Assembly (NCBI GenBank): GCA_030623035.1
Contig: JAUXFK010000003.1
Coordinates: 1 to 35,910, forward strand
Direction: 5' to 3'
Origin: Deltaproteobacteria bacterium
GTDB taxonomy: Bacteria > Desulfobacterota > UBA8473
Length of the DNA: 35,910 nt
How positions within the stretch are numbered: the first letter of the stretch is position 1; every line of letters begins with the position of its first letter. Below are positions 22,424-32,258 of this stretch, piece after piece. The notes under the pieces were generated by a model. That model saw only the letters and a list, made by a program, of their open reading frames with translations. It did no database searches and was not told where the DNA came from. A program made the translations under genes and the position numbers.

Positions 22424-23434
22424 ATGAAGAGGGTTTTGGATGCAAAAAGGGGAATGAAGGTTCTGTCAAGGTTTCAAGAATCAAATGTCCTTGTTCTCGG
22501 TGATATAATGCTAGATGAATTTATATGGGGAAAGGTGTCGAGGATCTCTCCTGAGGCCCCTGTCCCTGTAGTGAATGTTACCTCAGAGAGCTTCCGTTTA
22601 GGTGGAGCCACAAATGTAGTTAATAATATTTTCTCCTTAGGTGGAAATGTATATGTGTGTGGTGTAGTTGGAGATGATGAGAATGGAGAGAAACTGGTTA
22701 ACAGTTTAATGGATATGGGTATTGATACCACTGGAATCATTATTGAAAAGGGCAGGCCTACTTCAGTAAAGACAAGGGTAATCGCCAATAACCAGCAGGT
22801 AGTTCGATACGACCGTGAAGATATTTCTAATATTAACCTGAATAGTATGCAGAAGATCATTTCATACATAAGAACGAATCTGGACAGTATAGATGCAATT
22901 ATTATATCTGATTATGGAAAGGGAATTGTCTCTGAGCAATTGATTCGAGAAATCCGTATTCTGGTTGGAGACAATGATAAGATCATATCAGTAGATCCTA
23001 AAGTGAATCATTTTTCTTATTATAAAGGTGTCACAGTAATTACTCCGAATAACATTGAGGCCGGCGAGGCTACCGGTATTGAGATCGAAGATGAGGAGAC
23101 ATTGCTGCGAGTTGGGGAGGTTTTATTAGACAGATTGGCCTGCAAATTGCTTTTGATTACCCGTGGGGAAGAAGGTATGACGTTGTTTGAGAAAGGCGGA
23201 GATATAACACATATCCCTACATTGGCAAAAGAGGTCTATGATGTAACTGGGGCTGGTGATACTGTAATAAGTGCTTTAACACTTGCACTGACAGCCGGGG
23301 CATCTTTAAAGGAGGCTTCGGCTATTGCCAATTATGCGGCTGGGATTGTAGTAGGGGAGGTAGGGACAGCGACAGTGACCGTGGAAAACTTAAAAGATGC
23401 TATAAAGAGCAATAGAGTCATAAAAGATGAGTAA
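22424..23434 (+). CDS. rfaE1: D-glycero-beta-D-manno-heptose-7-phosphate kinase (HldE kinase domain)
   Basis: RISPEAPVPVV, SDYGKG and DVTGAGDT motifs. Confidence 0.94.
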   Translation: MKRVLDAKRGMKVLSRFQESNVLVLGDIMLDEFIWGKVSRISPEAPVPVVNVTSESFRLGGATNVVNNIFSLGGNVYVCGVVGDDENGEKLVNSLMDMGIDTTGIIIEKGRPTSVKTRVIANNQQVVRYDREDISNINLNSMQKIISYIRTNLDSIDAIIISDYGKGIVSEQLIREIRILVGDNDKIISVDPKVNHFSYYKGVTVITPNNIEAGEATGIEIEDEETLLRVGEVLLDRLACKLLLITRGEEGMTLFEKGGDITHIPTLAKEVYDVTGAGDTVISALTLALTAGASLKEASAIANYAAGIVVGEVGTATVTVENLKDAIKSNRVIKDE

Positions 23435-23960
23435 GCCCAATGTCCCGAAACCAGTAAAACTGATAGCCAGTGTATTTTCAAAGACCAATGAATTGATTGT
23501 AGCAGCAACAGAAGAGTTATCAAGGAAATTTGGCAGGATTGATTTTATTTCTGAGATATTCCCTTTCAACTCCACAACATACTATAATAAAGAGATGGGT
23601 AAAGATCTGATTCGGAGGTTTTTGTCGTTTAATAAAATGATTTTGCCCCATAGACTGCCCGATATAAAACTCTATACCAATAAGATTGAGAAGGATTTTT
23701 CAGATTGTCAGGGGGATAGAAGGTTGAACATAGATCCAGGTTATATTTCCTTAAGCCACTTAATCCTTGCAACAGGGAAAGGATATGCACACAGGCCGTG
23801 TCTGAGAAAAGGGATATATGCTGACTTGACTTTAATATACAAAGATAAGAGATTCCAGGCTTTGGATTGGACATATCCGGACTATAGGTCCAAAGAGATT
23901 ATAGAATTGATGAATACAGTGAGAAGAAACTATGTATTCCAACTTAAAGGGTTAAAATGA
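23427..23960 (+). CDS. DUF4416 family protein
   Basis: TTYY.KEMG, R.LNIDPGY, LAT.K..HR and WTYPDY motifs. Confidence 0.85.
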   Translation: MSKPNVPKPVKLIASVFSKTNELIVAATEELSRKFGRIDFISEIFPFNSTTYYNKEMGKDLIRRFLSFNKMILPHRLPDIKLYTNKIEKDFSDCQGDRRLNIDPGYISLSHLILATGKGYAHRPCLRKGIYADLTLIYKDKRFQALDWTYPDYRSKEIIELMNTVRRNYVFQLKGLK

Positions 23961-23967
23961 GAGAACG

Positions 23968-24846
23968 ATGTTAAAGAGTATGACTGGTTATGGATGGGGA
24001 GAGAGTCTTTTGGAAGATGGCGGTATCGTTGTTGAGGTAAAGTCGGTTAACCACAGATACCTTGATTTTACTTCGAGAGTGCCAAAGAGGTTTCTCTCCT
24101 ATGAGAGTGAGATAAGAAAGGATATATATAAAAGATTTTCCAGAGGGCGTTTTGAGGTTACTATTCAATCAAATTATACGAAAGAAGGGGAACAAAAGGC
24201 AGAGTTAAATATTGAGTTAGCAAAAGAGTATTATTCAGCCTTAAGAGAATTAAAGGACAGGTTACAACTCGATGACGAGATAGGTTTGGGTTTGCTTGCC
24301 GGGTTAAAAGATGTAATTATTGTTAAGGAGATAGATTCCGAGCATAAAGGGGAACAAGATGCATTTAAAGAAGCTTTTGAGAGTGCATTAGATTCTTTAG
24401 AAAGAATGAGAGTATTTGAGGGCGAAGTTATTTATAAGGATTTTTTAGAGAAATTGGGTACTGTCAGGAGGTTAATTGATGAAATTAGAATAAAATCCCC
24501 CCAGGTTTTGATCTATTATAGAGACAGGCTTGCAAAAAGAGTAAAGGAGCTAAGCGGTGCCTTTGAACTTGATATTCAAAGGCTTAATCAAGAAGTCGCT
24601 TTATTTGCAGAAAAAAGTGACATTACAGAAGAGCTTGTTCGCATTGGAAGCCATCTTGAACAGTTCGGTATGATTATAGACATGGATGAGCCCGTTGGAA
24701 GGAAGTTGGATTTTCTACTTCAAGAGATAAATCGTGAAGCCAATACCATAGCGTCCAAGGCGAATGACTCGGAGATTTCACAGAAGGTTGTAAAGATTAA
24801 AAGTGAACTGGAGAAGATCAGGGAACAGGTTCAAAACATAGAATAA
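23968..24846 (+). CDS. yicC: YicC/YloC family endoribonuclease
   Basis: [31 protein letters not shown] and REQVQNIE motifs. Confidence 0.95.
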   Translation: MLKSMTGYGWGESLLEDGGIVVEVKSVNHRYLDFTSRVPKRFLSYESEIRKDIYKRFSRGRFEVTIQSNYTKEGEQKAELNIELAKEYYSALRELKDRLQLDDEIGLGLLAGLKDVIIVKEIDSEHKGEQDAFKEAFESALDSLERMRVFEGEVIYKDFLEKLGTVRRLIDEIRIKSPQVLIYYRDRLAKRVKELSGAFELDIQRLNQEVALFAEKSDITEELVRIGSHLEQFGMIIDMDEPVGRKLDFLLQEINREANTIASKANDSEISQKVVKIKSELEKIREQVQNIE

Positions 24847-24881
24847 CAATAATTAGATCTTATATGAGTTGGAGGTTATTG

Positions 24882-25139
24882 ATGAGTTTGTTATTGAATA
24901 TCGGATTTGGAAATGTAGTTGTATCATCAAGAGTAGTAGCGATTGTTTCTCCTAGCTCTGCCCCTATGAAGAGGTTAAAGGATGAGGCGAAAAAGGACAG
25001 GAAGCTGATAGATGCTTCTCAAGGGAGGAAGACCCGATCTATTATAATAACGGACAGTAATCATGTTATCCTATCCGCAGTTCAGGCGGAGACTGTGGCG
25101 CAGAGATTCGATTCTGAAGATGGTTCAAAAACGTATTAA
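24882..25139 (+). CDS. remA: DUF370 / RemA family protein
   Basis: NIGFGN, SAPMKRL and [16 protein letters not shown] motifs. Start placed behind ggagg at 24871. Confidence 0.9.
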   Translation: MSLLLNIGFGNVVVSSRVVAIVSPSSAPMKRLKDEAKKDRKLIDASQGRKTRSIIITDSNHVILSAVQAETVAQRFDSEDGSKTY

Positions 25140-25167
25140 TTAAACAGGATTTAACAGACCAAAGCAA

Positions 25168-25782
25168 ATGGATAAAGAGGGATTATTGTTTGTATTATCA
25201 GCCCCATCTGGTGCTGGGAAAACATCATTATGTAAAGAGGTCGTTAGTTTTTTTCCTGATCTATGGCACTCTGTATCATACACTACGAGGCCTTGTAGGC
25301 CAGGGGAGAACGATAGAGTTGATTATCATTTTGTCTCCAAAGAGAAGTTCAAAGAGATGGTTGATACCAGGAAATTTGCAGAATGGTCTGAGATTTATGG
25401 GGATAGATATGGCACTCCAATAAACGCCTTGAAAGAGCATAAAAGCAATGGAATTGACATGATTCTCGATATAGATGGAAAAGGGGCCAGACAGCTCAGG
25501 GATAGCTTTCCAAAAGGTATCTATATATTCGTACTTCCTCCATCGTGGGAAGATCTGGAGGAGAGACTAAGGGCTAGAATGACGAATACGGATAAGGAGA
25601 TTAAAAAACGTTTGAAAAATACAAAAAAAGAGCTTCAGTATATTTTTGACTACGATTATATAGTTATAAATAATAACTTCGAAACGGCAGTATTCGAACT
25701 CATTTCAATAATAATTGCAGAAAGATGCCGCAGAGAGAGGGTCTTTCATAAGGTTGATGAACTATTAAAACCGGGCCTTTGA
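25168..25782 (+). CDS. gmk: Guanylate kinase
   Basis: SAPSGAGKT, SYTTR..RPGE and YGT motifs. Confidence 0.97.
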   Translation: MDKEGLLFVLSAPSGAGKTSLCKEVVSFFPDLWHSVSYTTRPCRPGENDRVDYHFVSKEKFKEMVDTRKFAEWSEIYGDRYGTPINALKEHKSNGIDMILDIDGKGARQLRDSFPKGIYIFVLPPSWEDLEERLRARMTNTDKEIKKRLKNTKKELQYIFDYDYIVINNNFETAVFELISIIIAERCRRERVFHKVDELLKPGL

Positions 25783-25801
25783 ACCGCTTTAAACTTAAAT
25801 A

Positions 25802-25943
25802 GTGTCCATCCAGAAATGAGCGATTTTGTTCAAGGTCAAGGAAGGCGAAGCTTTTAACCACAGGAATATATTGAGATATTTCGAGGATTAAAATCTGAGC
25901 CTGACACAGAGATTGGGCAAAAGGGCCATTTATGGATGGACAC
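25802..25943. mobile_element. Family D MITE, full length
   Basis: TIRs gtgtccatccagaaatg / catttatggatggacac. Perfect 6-bp duplication taaata at 25796-25801 and 25944-25949. Confidence 0.88.
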
Positions 25944-26413
25944 TAAATATTTGCCCGTTCATCTATGAGATCGTGTTCTTTTGTATCTTGAAGTAAACTC
26001 TTTAACTCTTCTATATTTAAACTCCCCATAGTCTCTATATAAAAATTTCCGCTCCAAAGCTTTTTTATCCTGTACTTCTTCTGTATCTCCCTATGCCTAT
26101 TTAAGATTGAAAATGATGTCCTTTCTATTATATCCTTAACAATGCCGGGTATGTAATGGGTGGGTTTGGCACATAAAATCAGATGGGCATGGTCTGGATG
26201 AAGAACCAGCCCAAATAACTCGTATCCCTTATAAAGAGTAATTTCTTTAAAGATTATTTCCAGTTCTGTTGCTGTTTTACTGGTAATTATAGGCTGTTTC
26301 TTGGGTGTAAAGAGTATCAGATGATAACTGATCCTATATGCAAGGTCTGAATATCTATTATAATTTGTTTCCTTAAGGGGTTTGAAATAGGAGCAAAGGA
26401 TAATATGGGGCAT
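25943..26413 (-). CDS. IS200/IS605 TnpA (Y1 HUH)-like protein, catalytic Tyr absent
   Basis: YHLILFTPK, PDHAHL (HUH) and LWSGNFYIETMG are present, but the YIxxQ helix reads LKSLLQDT. Confidence 0.8.
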   Translation of the reverse strand: MPHIILCSYFKPLKETNYNRYSDLAYRISYHLILFTPKKQPIITSKTATELEIIFKEITLYKGYELFGLVLHPDHAHLILCAKPTHYIPGIVKDIIERTSFSILNRHREIQKKYRIKKLWSGNFYIETMGSLNIEELKSLLQDTKEHDLIDERANI

Positions 26414-26469
26414 ATTTTTTTGTGAAATTTTAAATCCCTCTTTTTAAACTGACCTTTAAGTATGATTGA

Positions 26470-27519
26470 TCAGGGAAAGAGGGGCAGGTTCTTTATCCCT
26501 GAGTCCTCAGGGAATCCATACATAATGTTCATATCTTGAATTGCTTGCCCTGAAGCGCCTTTAACCAGATTGTCTATTGCAGATATTACGACTATCCTTT
26601 TTGTCCTTGGATCGAATCGCATTCCTATATCACAGAAATTGCTCCCTTTAACCAAAGAGATATTGGGAAGACTGTCTTCAGGGTGTATTCTTACAAATCT
26701 CTCTTTACTATAGAAATCGGTGTAAATCCCTATTAACTCTGATGTTGAAATGTCTTGAAGGGAGTTTGAATATATAGTGGTCAGTATACCTCTATTTACG
26801 GGTATTAAATGTGGAGTAAAAGAGATGATGACATTTTTATGGGCAAGCAGGCTTAACTCTTGCTCTATCTCAGGTGTATGCCTGTGTTCTCCTATCTTAT
26901 AAGCATTAAGCCCTTCATTAACCTCACAGAAAAGATATTCCGTTGCCACTGTTCGACCGGCCCCAGAGACACCTGATTTGGAGTCCACAACTATATTTTT
27001 TATGTCTATTAAATTGTTCTTCAGTAAAGGGGCGAGTCCGAGTATCGCACTGGTTGGGTAACAACCCGGATTGGCAATAAGTTTCGCCTTTTTTATTTTA
27101 TCCCTGTGCAACTCAGGAAGGCCATAGACAGACTCCTTTAAAAGGTCTGGGGAGGTGTGGCTGCTATACCATTTTTCATAGACCTCAGGATTATTAAAGC
27201 GAAAATCCGCACTGAGGTCTACGACCTTTTTACCCCTCTTCATCAACTCGGGAACGATATTCATTGCTACCTTATGCGGTAAAGCACAGATTATGAAATC
27301 AGAGAGATTACAGATATGATCTGGCGATGGGCTTGTAAATTTAAGGTTTATTTCTGAAGCAAAGGCAGGAAAGACTTCCGACACCTTCATTCCATCAAAC
27401 TTTCTTGATGTCAATGCGGTTATCTTTGCATCCGGATGTCTAAGCATAAGTCTGATCAGTTCTTGACCTGTATACCCACTTGCACCAATTATTGCAACTT
27501 TTAGCATCTTTTTTCTCAC
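26470..27519 (-). CDS. argC: N-acetyl-gamma-glutamyl-phosphate reductase
   Basis: [23 protein letters not shown] and [11 protein letters not shown] motifs. Confidence 0.98.
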   Translation of the reverse strand: MRKKMLKVAIIGASGYTGQELIRLMLRHPDAKITALTSRKFDGMKVSEVFPAFASEINLKFTSPSPDHICNLSDFIICALPHKVAMNIVPELMKRGKKVVDLSADFRFNNPEVYEKWYSSHTSPDLLKESVYGLPELHRDKIKKAKLIANPGCYPTSAILGLAPLLKNNLIDIKNIVVDSKSGVSGAGRTVATEYLFCEVNEGLNAYKIGEHRHTPEIEQELSLLAHKNVIISFTPHLIPVNRGILTTIYSNSLQDISTSELIGIYTDFYSKERFVRIHPEDSLPNISLVKGSNFCDIGMRFDPRTKRIVVISAIDNLVKGASGQAIQDMNIMYGFPEDSGIKNLPLFP

Positions 27520-27525
27520 TGATCT

Positions 27526-27602
27526 CCACAGAAATGCCCCTTTTGCCCAATCTCTTCACTTTCTTTGATCTGAAACAGGATTACTCATTTCTGGATGGAC
27601 AC
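27526..27602 (-). mobile_element. Internally deleted, degenerate family D element
   Basis: aaatgccccttttgcccaatctct ... ctcatttctggatggacac match both ends of D in reverse orientation. Confidence 0.8.
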
Positions 27603-27614
27603 ATAATAATAAAT

Positions 27615-27870
27615 AATGGCTATTGAGTTAACTCAGCAAAGGCGGTCACATTATAACGCGTGCAACTGTTTGAGCAGTGTAGTGAGCGTTAAGAAAGAAC
27701 AGGAGATTGTTTCTTGGTTGTGAGTCGTAACATATTTATTTGTGACTGTCTAATTCAAATGATCAATACTGTTCTTTCTTTATGCTCACTAAATCGCGAG
27801 TTTTGCACGGGTTATAATGTGATTGCCTTTGCTGTGACCGATTTTTTGAAAAGAGAAGTCAATAACCATT
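27615..27870 (+). mobile_element. MITE-like palindromic element, family A1
   Basis: TIRs aatggctattga / tcaataaccatt. Flanks taataaat / taataaaa. Long internal inverted repeat. Confidence 0.88.
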
Positions 27871-27874
27871 TAAT

Positions 27875-27902
27875 AAAAAAAAGGCCAAAGAGGCCTTCTT
27901 TT
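27875..27902 (-). terminator. Intrinsic terminator of rplM-rpsI
   Basis: aaggcc/ggcctt hairpin followed by U8 on the minus strand. Confidence 0.7.
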
Positions 27903-27917
27903 AGATATATAGAAGTT

Positions 27918-28310
27918 TTACCTCTTGGAGTATTGAAATCTTGCCCTTGCCCCTTTTTGTCCGTATTTCTTTCGTTCTTTGATTCTTGAATCCCTGGTTA
28001 TAAACCCAGCCTTCTTTAAAATCGGTCTAAAATTGTCGTTTACCTCTAATAGTGCCTTTGTTATACCGTGTTTTATCGCTCCAGCCTGACCGGATGTGCC
28101 TCCACCTCGGACAGTCGCAAACACGTCGTAATTCTCAGATGTGGCAGTTAATCCAAACGGTTGCCTGATTACCATCTTTAAGGTTTCACGTTTGAAATAT
28201 TCATCGATGGATTGGTTGTTAATCTTAAATTTACCACTGCCGGGTTTTAACCATACCCTCGCTATGGATGACTTTCTCTTTCCTGTTGCATAAAAACTCT
28301 CTTCTGCCAT
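27918..28310 (-). CDS. rpsI: 30S ribosomal protein S9
   Basis: [17 protein letters not shown] and C-terminal [16 protein letters not shown]. Start MAEES follows ggagg. Confidence 0.98.
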   Translation of the reverse strand: MAEESFYATGKRKSSIARVWLKPGSGKFKINNQSIDEYFKRETLKMVIRQPFGLTATSENYDVFATVRGGGTSGQAGAIKHGITKALLEVNDNFRPILKKAGFITRDSRIKERKKYGQKGARARFQYSKR

Positions 28311-28376
28311 TAAAAACTCCTCCATTTTCAAACAAAATAGATCACTGGAGAGGGGATAAAGGGGTCATTGTCCTTA

Positions 28377-28805
28377 TTAAATATCCAGGATTTCAGGATT
28401 TTGAGCCTCGTGTGGATGTTCATCTCCAGCATATATCTTTAATTTTGTAATCATTTTTCTGCCAAGTCTGTTTTTGGGTAACATGCCTTTTACAGCCAGC
28501 CTTATAAGCTCCCTGGGGTCTTTTTGCTGTAACTTCTCTGCAACAATCGATTTGAGACCTCCAGGATAACCACTATGGTGATAATAAACCTTCTGTTGTA
28601 GCTTTTTCCCTGTTAGAATAATCTTCTTTGCATTTATAATAACTATAAAATCTCCTGTATCTACATGGGGTGTATAGATAGGTTTATGCTTCCCCCTCAG
28701 TATTATAGCACTCTTGCTGGCCAGCCTTCCAAGGGCTTCCCCCTTTGCGTCTATTAAATACCACTTTCTTTCAAATTCACCCGCTTTGGCACTGAAAGTC
28801 TTCAT
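28377..28805 (-). CDS. rplM: 50S ribosomal protein L13
   Basis: [24 protein letters not shown] and HPHEAQ motifs. True start MKTF at 28805. Confidence 0.98.
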   Translation of the reverse strand: MKTFSAKAGEFERKWYLIDAKGEALGRLASKSAIILRGKHKPIYTPHVDTGDFIVIINAKKIILTGKKLQQKVYYHHSGYPGGLKSIVAEKLQQKDPRELIRLAVKGMLPKNRLGRKMITKLKIYAGDEHPHEAQNPEILDI

Positions 28806-28845
28806 TGTCTTCTCCAAACTCCGCTCGTTGTTTATAAACTTTGAT

Positions 28846-28874
28846 ATATTAGTGGTTTTCTTTTTTTTTGTCAA
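28846..28874 (-). promoter_or_regulatory. sigma70 promoter of rplM (TTGACA-17-TAATAT)
   Basis: Perfect -35 with a 17-bp spacer on the minus strand. Confidence 0.7.
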
Positions 28875-28982
28875 GCAAAATGTGGGCTTGCATAGGGGTG
28901 CTTCAAAATAAACTGTACCATTTTTCAGATTGCAGTAGGATTCCTTATAAGCAGTTGCAAGGTATGATTTTACAACCCTTTT

Positions 28983-29003
28983 TGAGTTAACCCAATAGCC
29001 ATT
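28983..29003. repeat. Solo A1-type terminal repeat
   Basis: tgagttaacccaatagccatt is the reverse complement of the A1 end at 27615 with 1 mismatch. Confidence 0.7.
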
Positions 29004-29021
29004 CACAACTTATGAACTCAT

Positions 29022-30449
29022 TTAGAGGAGAAACTCAGCAGACTGAATTCCGTAGGCCGAGGGATGAATGCTTTTTTTAATATTTCGTAGATATGAGCCT
29101 TTTTGAGTATCCAATTCTTCCAGACTGACAGTCTTTCCTTTTCTAAAACGGCCTTGATCATCAGACAACAATAAAACGACCCGAGGTCGAGCTTTATCGC
29201 TATCTTCAGGGGATTCGATTACTAGACCCAATTCATCTGTGTCCAGTTTCAAAAGTGTTCCCACCGGATAGATCCCTAACATATTGATAAATAATTTTAG
29301 CAGGATTGGATCATAATCTTCCCCTATCTTTTCAAGCATAGTTTCAAGAGCACGGTCTGGGCTAAATGGAGCAGGTCGATATACCCGAGCAGATGTAAGG
29401 GCGTCGAAGACATCTGCTATGGTTATGATTCTTCCGAACAGGCTTTGGCTTTTCTTTCTATTCAGCCGAGGATAACCTGAAAGATTGAATTTCAGATGAT
29501 GCTCGAAAGGAGGAAGAAAGCTTTCGACCTTAAAGTCATTTGAAGCATTTAATTGGATGATATATTTCACGCTTCTCAAAGGGTGTTTCTCTATCTCCTC
29601 AAACTCTTCATCGCTCAATCGACCGGGCTTATTAAGGATATCCAGGGGTATGTCCAACTTTCCCAAATCGTGAAGAAGCCCACAGATGCCGAGTTTTCTT
29701 AAAGACATTTTCGATAGCCCAATTTGTTTCCCAAGACACAGGGAGAGTAACGCAACATTGACCGAGTGGGTATATGTGTAGTCATGATAATCCCGAATCG
29801 TGCTTAAACTGAGGAGTATGGGCTTATCCTCGGTATGCATGTCCATCATATCTTGAATAATCCGTTTTATCTTCCGAACTCCCACCTTTTTTTGTGAGCC
29901 TAATTTATCGGTCAATTCTTTTAACGAGGTCAAGGCATTAAAGTAACCTTTTAGGGCCAATTCCTTTCGTTCGAGATCGTGTTCCTGAAGGTCTGTCTCT
30001 TCTCCCTTCTCGATCTGTATCCATGAAAACTCCTTCCTCTTACTGAGTTGCATTACGAGCCAATCTATGGGATCCTCTTGACCTTCAGCTTTGTTTAGGA
30101 TGCGTATAAAACTCAGGATATTATCATAAGAGGCATCCTTGATGGCTGCAAAGAAGCGAAGCCCTCGAAGCTTTCGATTTTTGAAGTAATCGAGCATCTC
30201 TTGGACGAGACTTAAGTTATCACGTCGGTAGGGAAGCTTCTCTTCCTCCAGGTAGAACCTATCACGGGACATAGAAATCATCAAAGATCTCTCGTGCACC
30301 CACCAAGGAGCCAGGACTTCGTTGAACTCTTTCGCACAGTCTAAAAGTAACTGATTGTTATCCTGGTGGATCTTGACGGACTGAACGAGCCTATACAGGA
30401 GTCTAAGAAAATTCTCTCCTAAAAGGGTTTTTTGTTTTTCTAAATCCAT
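29022..30449 (-). CDS. HD-GYP domain protein (cyclic dinucleotide phosphodiesterase-like)
   Basis: YTYTHSVNV, LHDLGK, EHH..SGYP and ADVFDALTSARVYR motifs. Confidence 0.9.
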   Translation of the reverse strand: MDLEKQKTLLGENFLRLLYRLVQSVKIHQDNNQLLLDCAKEFNEVLAPWWVHERSLMISMSRDRFYLEEEKLPYRRDNLSLVQEMLDYFKNRKLRGLRFFAAIKDASYDNILSFIRILNKAEGQEDPIDWLVMQLSKRKEFSWIQIEKGEETDLQEHDLERKELALKGYFNALTSLKELTDKLGSQKKVGVRKIKRIIQDMMDMHTEDKPILLSLSTIRDYHDYTYTHSVNVALLSLCLGKQIGLSKMSLRKLGICGLLHDLGKLDIPLDILNKPGRLSDEEFEEIEKHPLRSVKYIIQLNASNDFKVESFLPPFEHHLKFNLSGYPRLNRKKSQSLFGRIITIADVFDALTSARVYRPAPFSPDRALETMLEKIGEDYDPILLKLFINMLGIYPVGTLLKLDTDELGLVIESPEDSDKARPRVVLLLSDDQGRFRKGKTVSLEELDTQKGSYLRNIKKSIHPSAYGIQSAEFLL

Positions 30450-30460
30450 TTTTTATCCAG

Positions 30461-32155
30461 TCAACTGTATGCCTTCATGGCCTTTCGGTAGGCAATTCGC
30501 ACACTTGGAAACAGGCTTCTGGAAGCCTTTTTCAGGATATCTTTTGCTTCCTCTGTCTCCAATAAGATCAAAGCGATTGCTGCGCCATTCCGATGTGATG
30601 ATCTGGTATTACTGGGTATCCAAGCTTTTGTTAAAAGATGTTTTTTTAAAAACGGGGCTGAAACAGAGGAGCCACATTTCCCCAGGATTCTATAACAGGC
30701 CAGTAGGTGCTCGCGATCTGTGTTTTGCCCCACCTTTTTTTCAATATAGTCTAGTAACAGACTTTCTGCCAGCTCACTTTTTTGGCTGCCCATATAGTTC
30801 AACAATAATTGTCGAATCTCCTTGTTATCATCTTCGATTAATGGGAAAAGCTTCTTGAGCAACTGCGCATCTCTTTTGAGCAAATGTTTGAGTGCCTGTT
30901 TGCGTACCCCATAAGAAGAATGGTGGGTCATGCTTAGAAGTATCTGAGTAGGTTTTTCCCCCTCAAGCTGCCCCAGTACATAGACAAGCTTTTGGGCTGT
31001 AGAATCGTCTGATTGATTCATCAATAGCTCTAAGGGACGGATATCTTTCCTTGCCAAGACCTTGATGACTTCCATGACTTCTCTTTGTATACCTGGGGAT
31101 TGAATCTGAGGTAACATAGGACCAATTGTAAGAATCGCCCTTGAGGGAAGGAGTATGAGCAGCTGCTTTAAAGGCTTCATTTGGTTTTGATCAAGCATGT
31201 CCAAAGTGGACCAAAACCGTAAAAGAACGCCTAGGACATCGGGGGTTGTGGTTTTAACAAAAAAACTGTCTATTAAAGCAGACGCCCATGGGTTATTGGA
31301 TTTGTATGTTTTTTGGATTTTATATAATTCGTTAGTGAGTTTGAGCGCAAATTGAAATTCGGCTTGCTCAAGAGAATGTTGAAACTCATTTTTCAGAAAT
31401 TCTAAAACAATGATAAAGTCGGTTTTGGAACTTTGATCAGTGAGGAGAATTGTCAGCAATTCCAAAAGGTCTTGCCTAGTGTTATAATTCTCCTGAACCG
31501 CGATCATCTTTCGAAGTTTACTGACTTCTTCGGGTGTCAATTTCCAGAAGTTTTCTTCTTTGCTTTCTGGCGGTATCGCCATTGGAATGTCTTGTATCTC
31601 TTCCTGCTGGGCTGTGTTATTGCTTTCAGACTCACTTGCATGGAAAAGGGACAAATCGAGTGATAGTTCAGCCTCCCAATAAACATCTGTGGCTTGGTAC
31701 CGTATATGAGGAAAATCTGATTCCCAAAGCGCTGTTACCAAATCCCCTTCAGCCTCGTCTTGCGGATCCTTGTAATGGTCTATCGTCTTGATAAAGTCGT
31801 TGATTTCATCTTGGGATAGGCCTTCTCTTATCTCAAGCCATTGAATACCATCTCGAAAAAAGATGAAGGCCAATCCCTCTTTTTCAGGTGGGTCTTGATG
31901 CAAAACTTGGTTTTTATAGAGAAGCTGTTTCTTATTCACATCGATTTTTATGACATGGAAATTCTTCAATAAGTCATCGATATGGGCATTGACTTTGGCG
32001 ATAGAATTTTGACAAATGGTATGATTCTCAGGATAAAGCGAATAGTTTTTTAGGGCTATCAATACGAGCTGTATTACATCTCTGATTGCCCTAAGTTCTT
32101 TGCTTGTTGGAAAATTATCTAAAAGGTCTAAACCTCTACCCGCTGTTTTATCCAT
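30461..32155 (-). CDS. HEAT-repeat protein partnered with the HD-GYP gene
   Basis: N-terminal LYP.NH and DLVTALWE motifs with C-terminal HEAT-like repeats. Confidence 0.75.
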   Translation of the reverse strand: MDKTAGRGLDLLDNFPTSKELRAIRDVIQLVLIALKNYSLYPENHTICQNSIAKVNAHIDDLLKNFHVIKIDVNKKQLLYKNQVLHQDPPEKEGLAFIFFRDGIQWLEIREGLSQDEINDFIKTIDHYKDPQDEAEGDLVTALWESDFPHIRYQATDVYWEAELSLDLSLFHASESESNNTAQQEEIQDIPMAIPPESKEENFWKLTPEEVSKLRKMIAVQENYNTRQDLLELLTILLTDQSSKTDFIIVLEFLKNEFQHSLEQAEFQFALKLTNELYKIQKTYKSNNPWASALIDSFFVKTTTPDVLGVLLRFWSTLDMLDQNQMKPLKQLLILLPSRAILTIGPMLPQIQSPGIQREVMEVIKVLARKDIRPLELLMNQSDDSTAQKLVYVLGQLEGEKPTQILLSMTHHSSYGVRKQALKHLLKRDAQLLKKLFPLIEDDNKEIRQLLLNYMGSQKSELAESLLLDYIEKKVGQNTDREHLLACYRILGKCGSSVSAPFLKKHLLTKAWIPSNTRSSHRNGAAIALILLETEEAKDILKKASRSLFPSVRIAYRKAMKAYS

Positions 32156-32258
32156 TCGCCTATTTTTCCTTACTGGCTAAAATGACGGATTTGATTAAAC
32201 ACCCGTTCTACTTTTTTCTTAGACATCTTAAAGTTCTATTATGAAATTATTTCTATGC

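Noticed and set aside
25800-25945. TAGTG...CACTA ends suggesting a CACTA transposon
   Set aside because: The orientation is reversed and the TA belongs to the 6-bp target duplication.
27714-27989. 91-aa ORF
   Set aside because: It spans an A1 element and is antisense to rpsI.
28182-28197. parS-like gtttcacgtttgaaa
   Set aside because: The palindrome is broken and the site is inside rpsI coding sequence.
28806-29006. N-terminal extension of L13
   Set aside because: It contains the rplM promoter, and its ATG falls in a repeat end.
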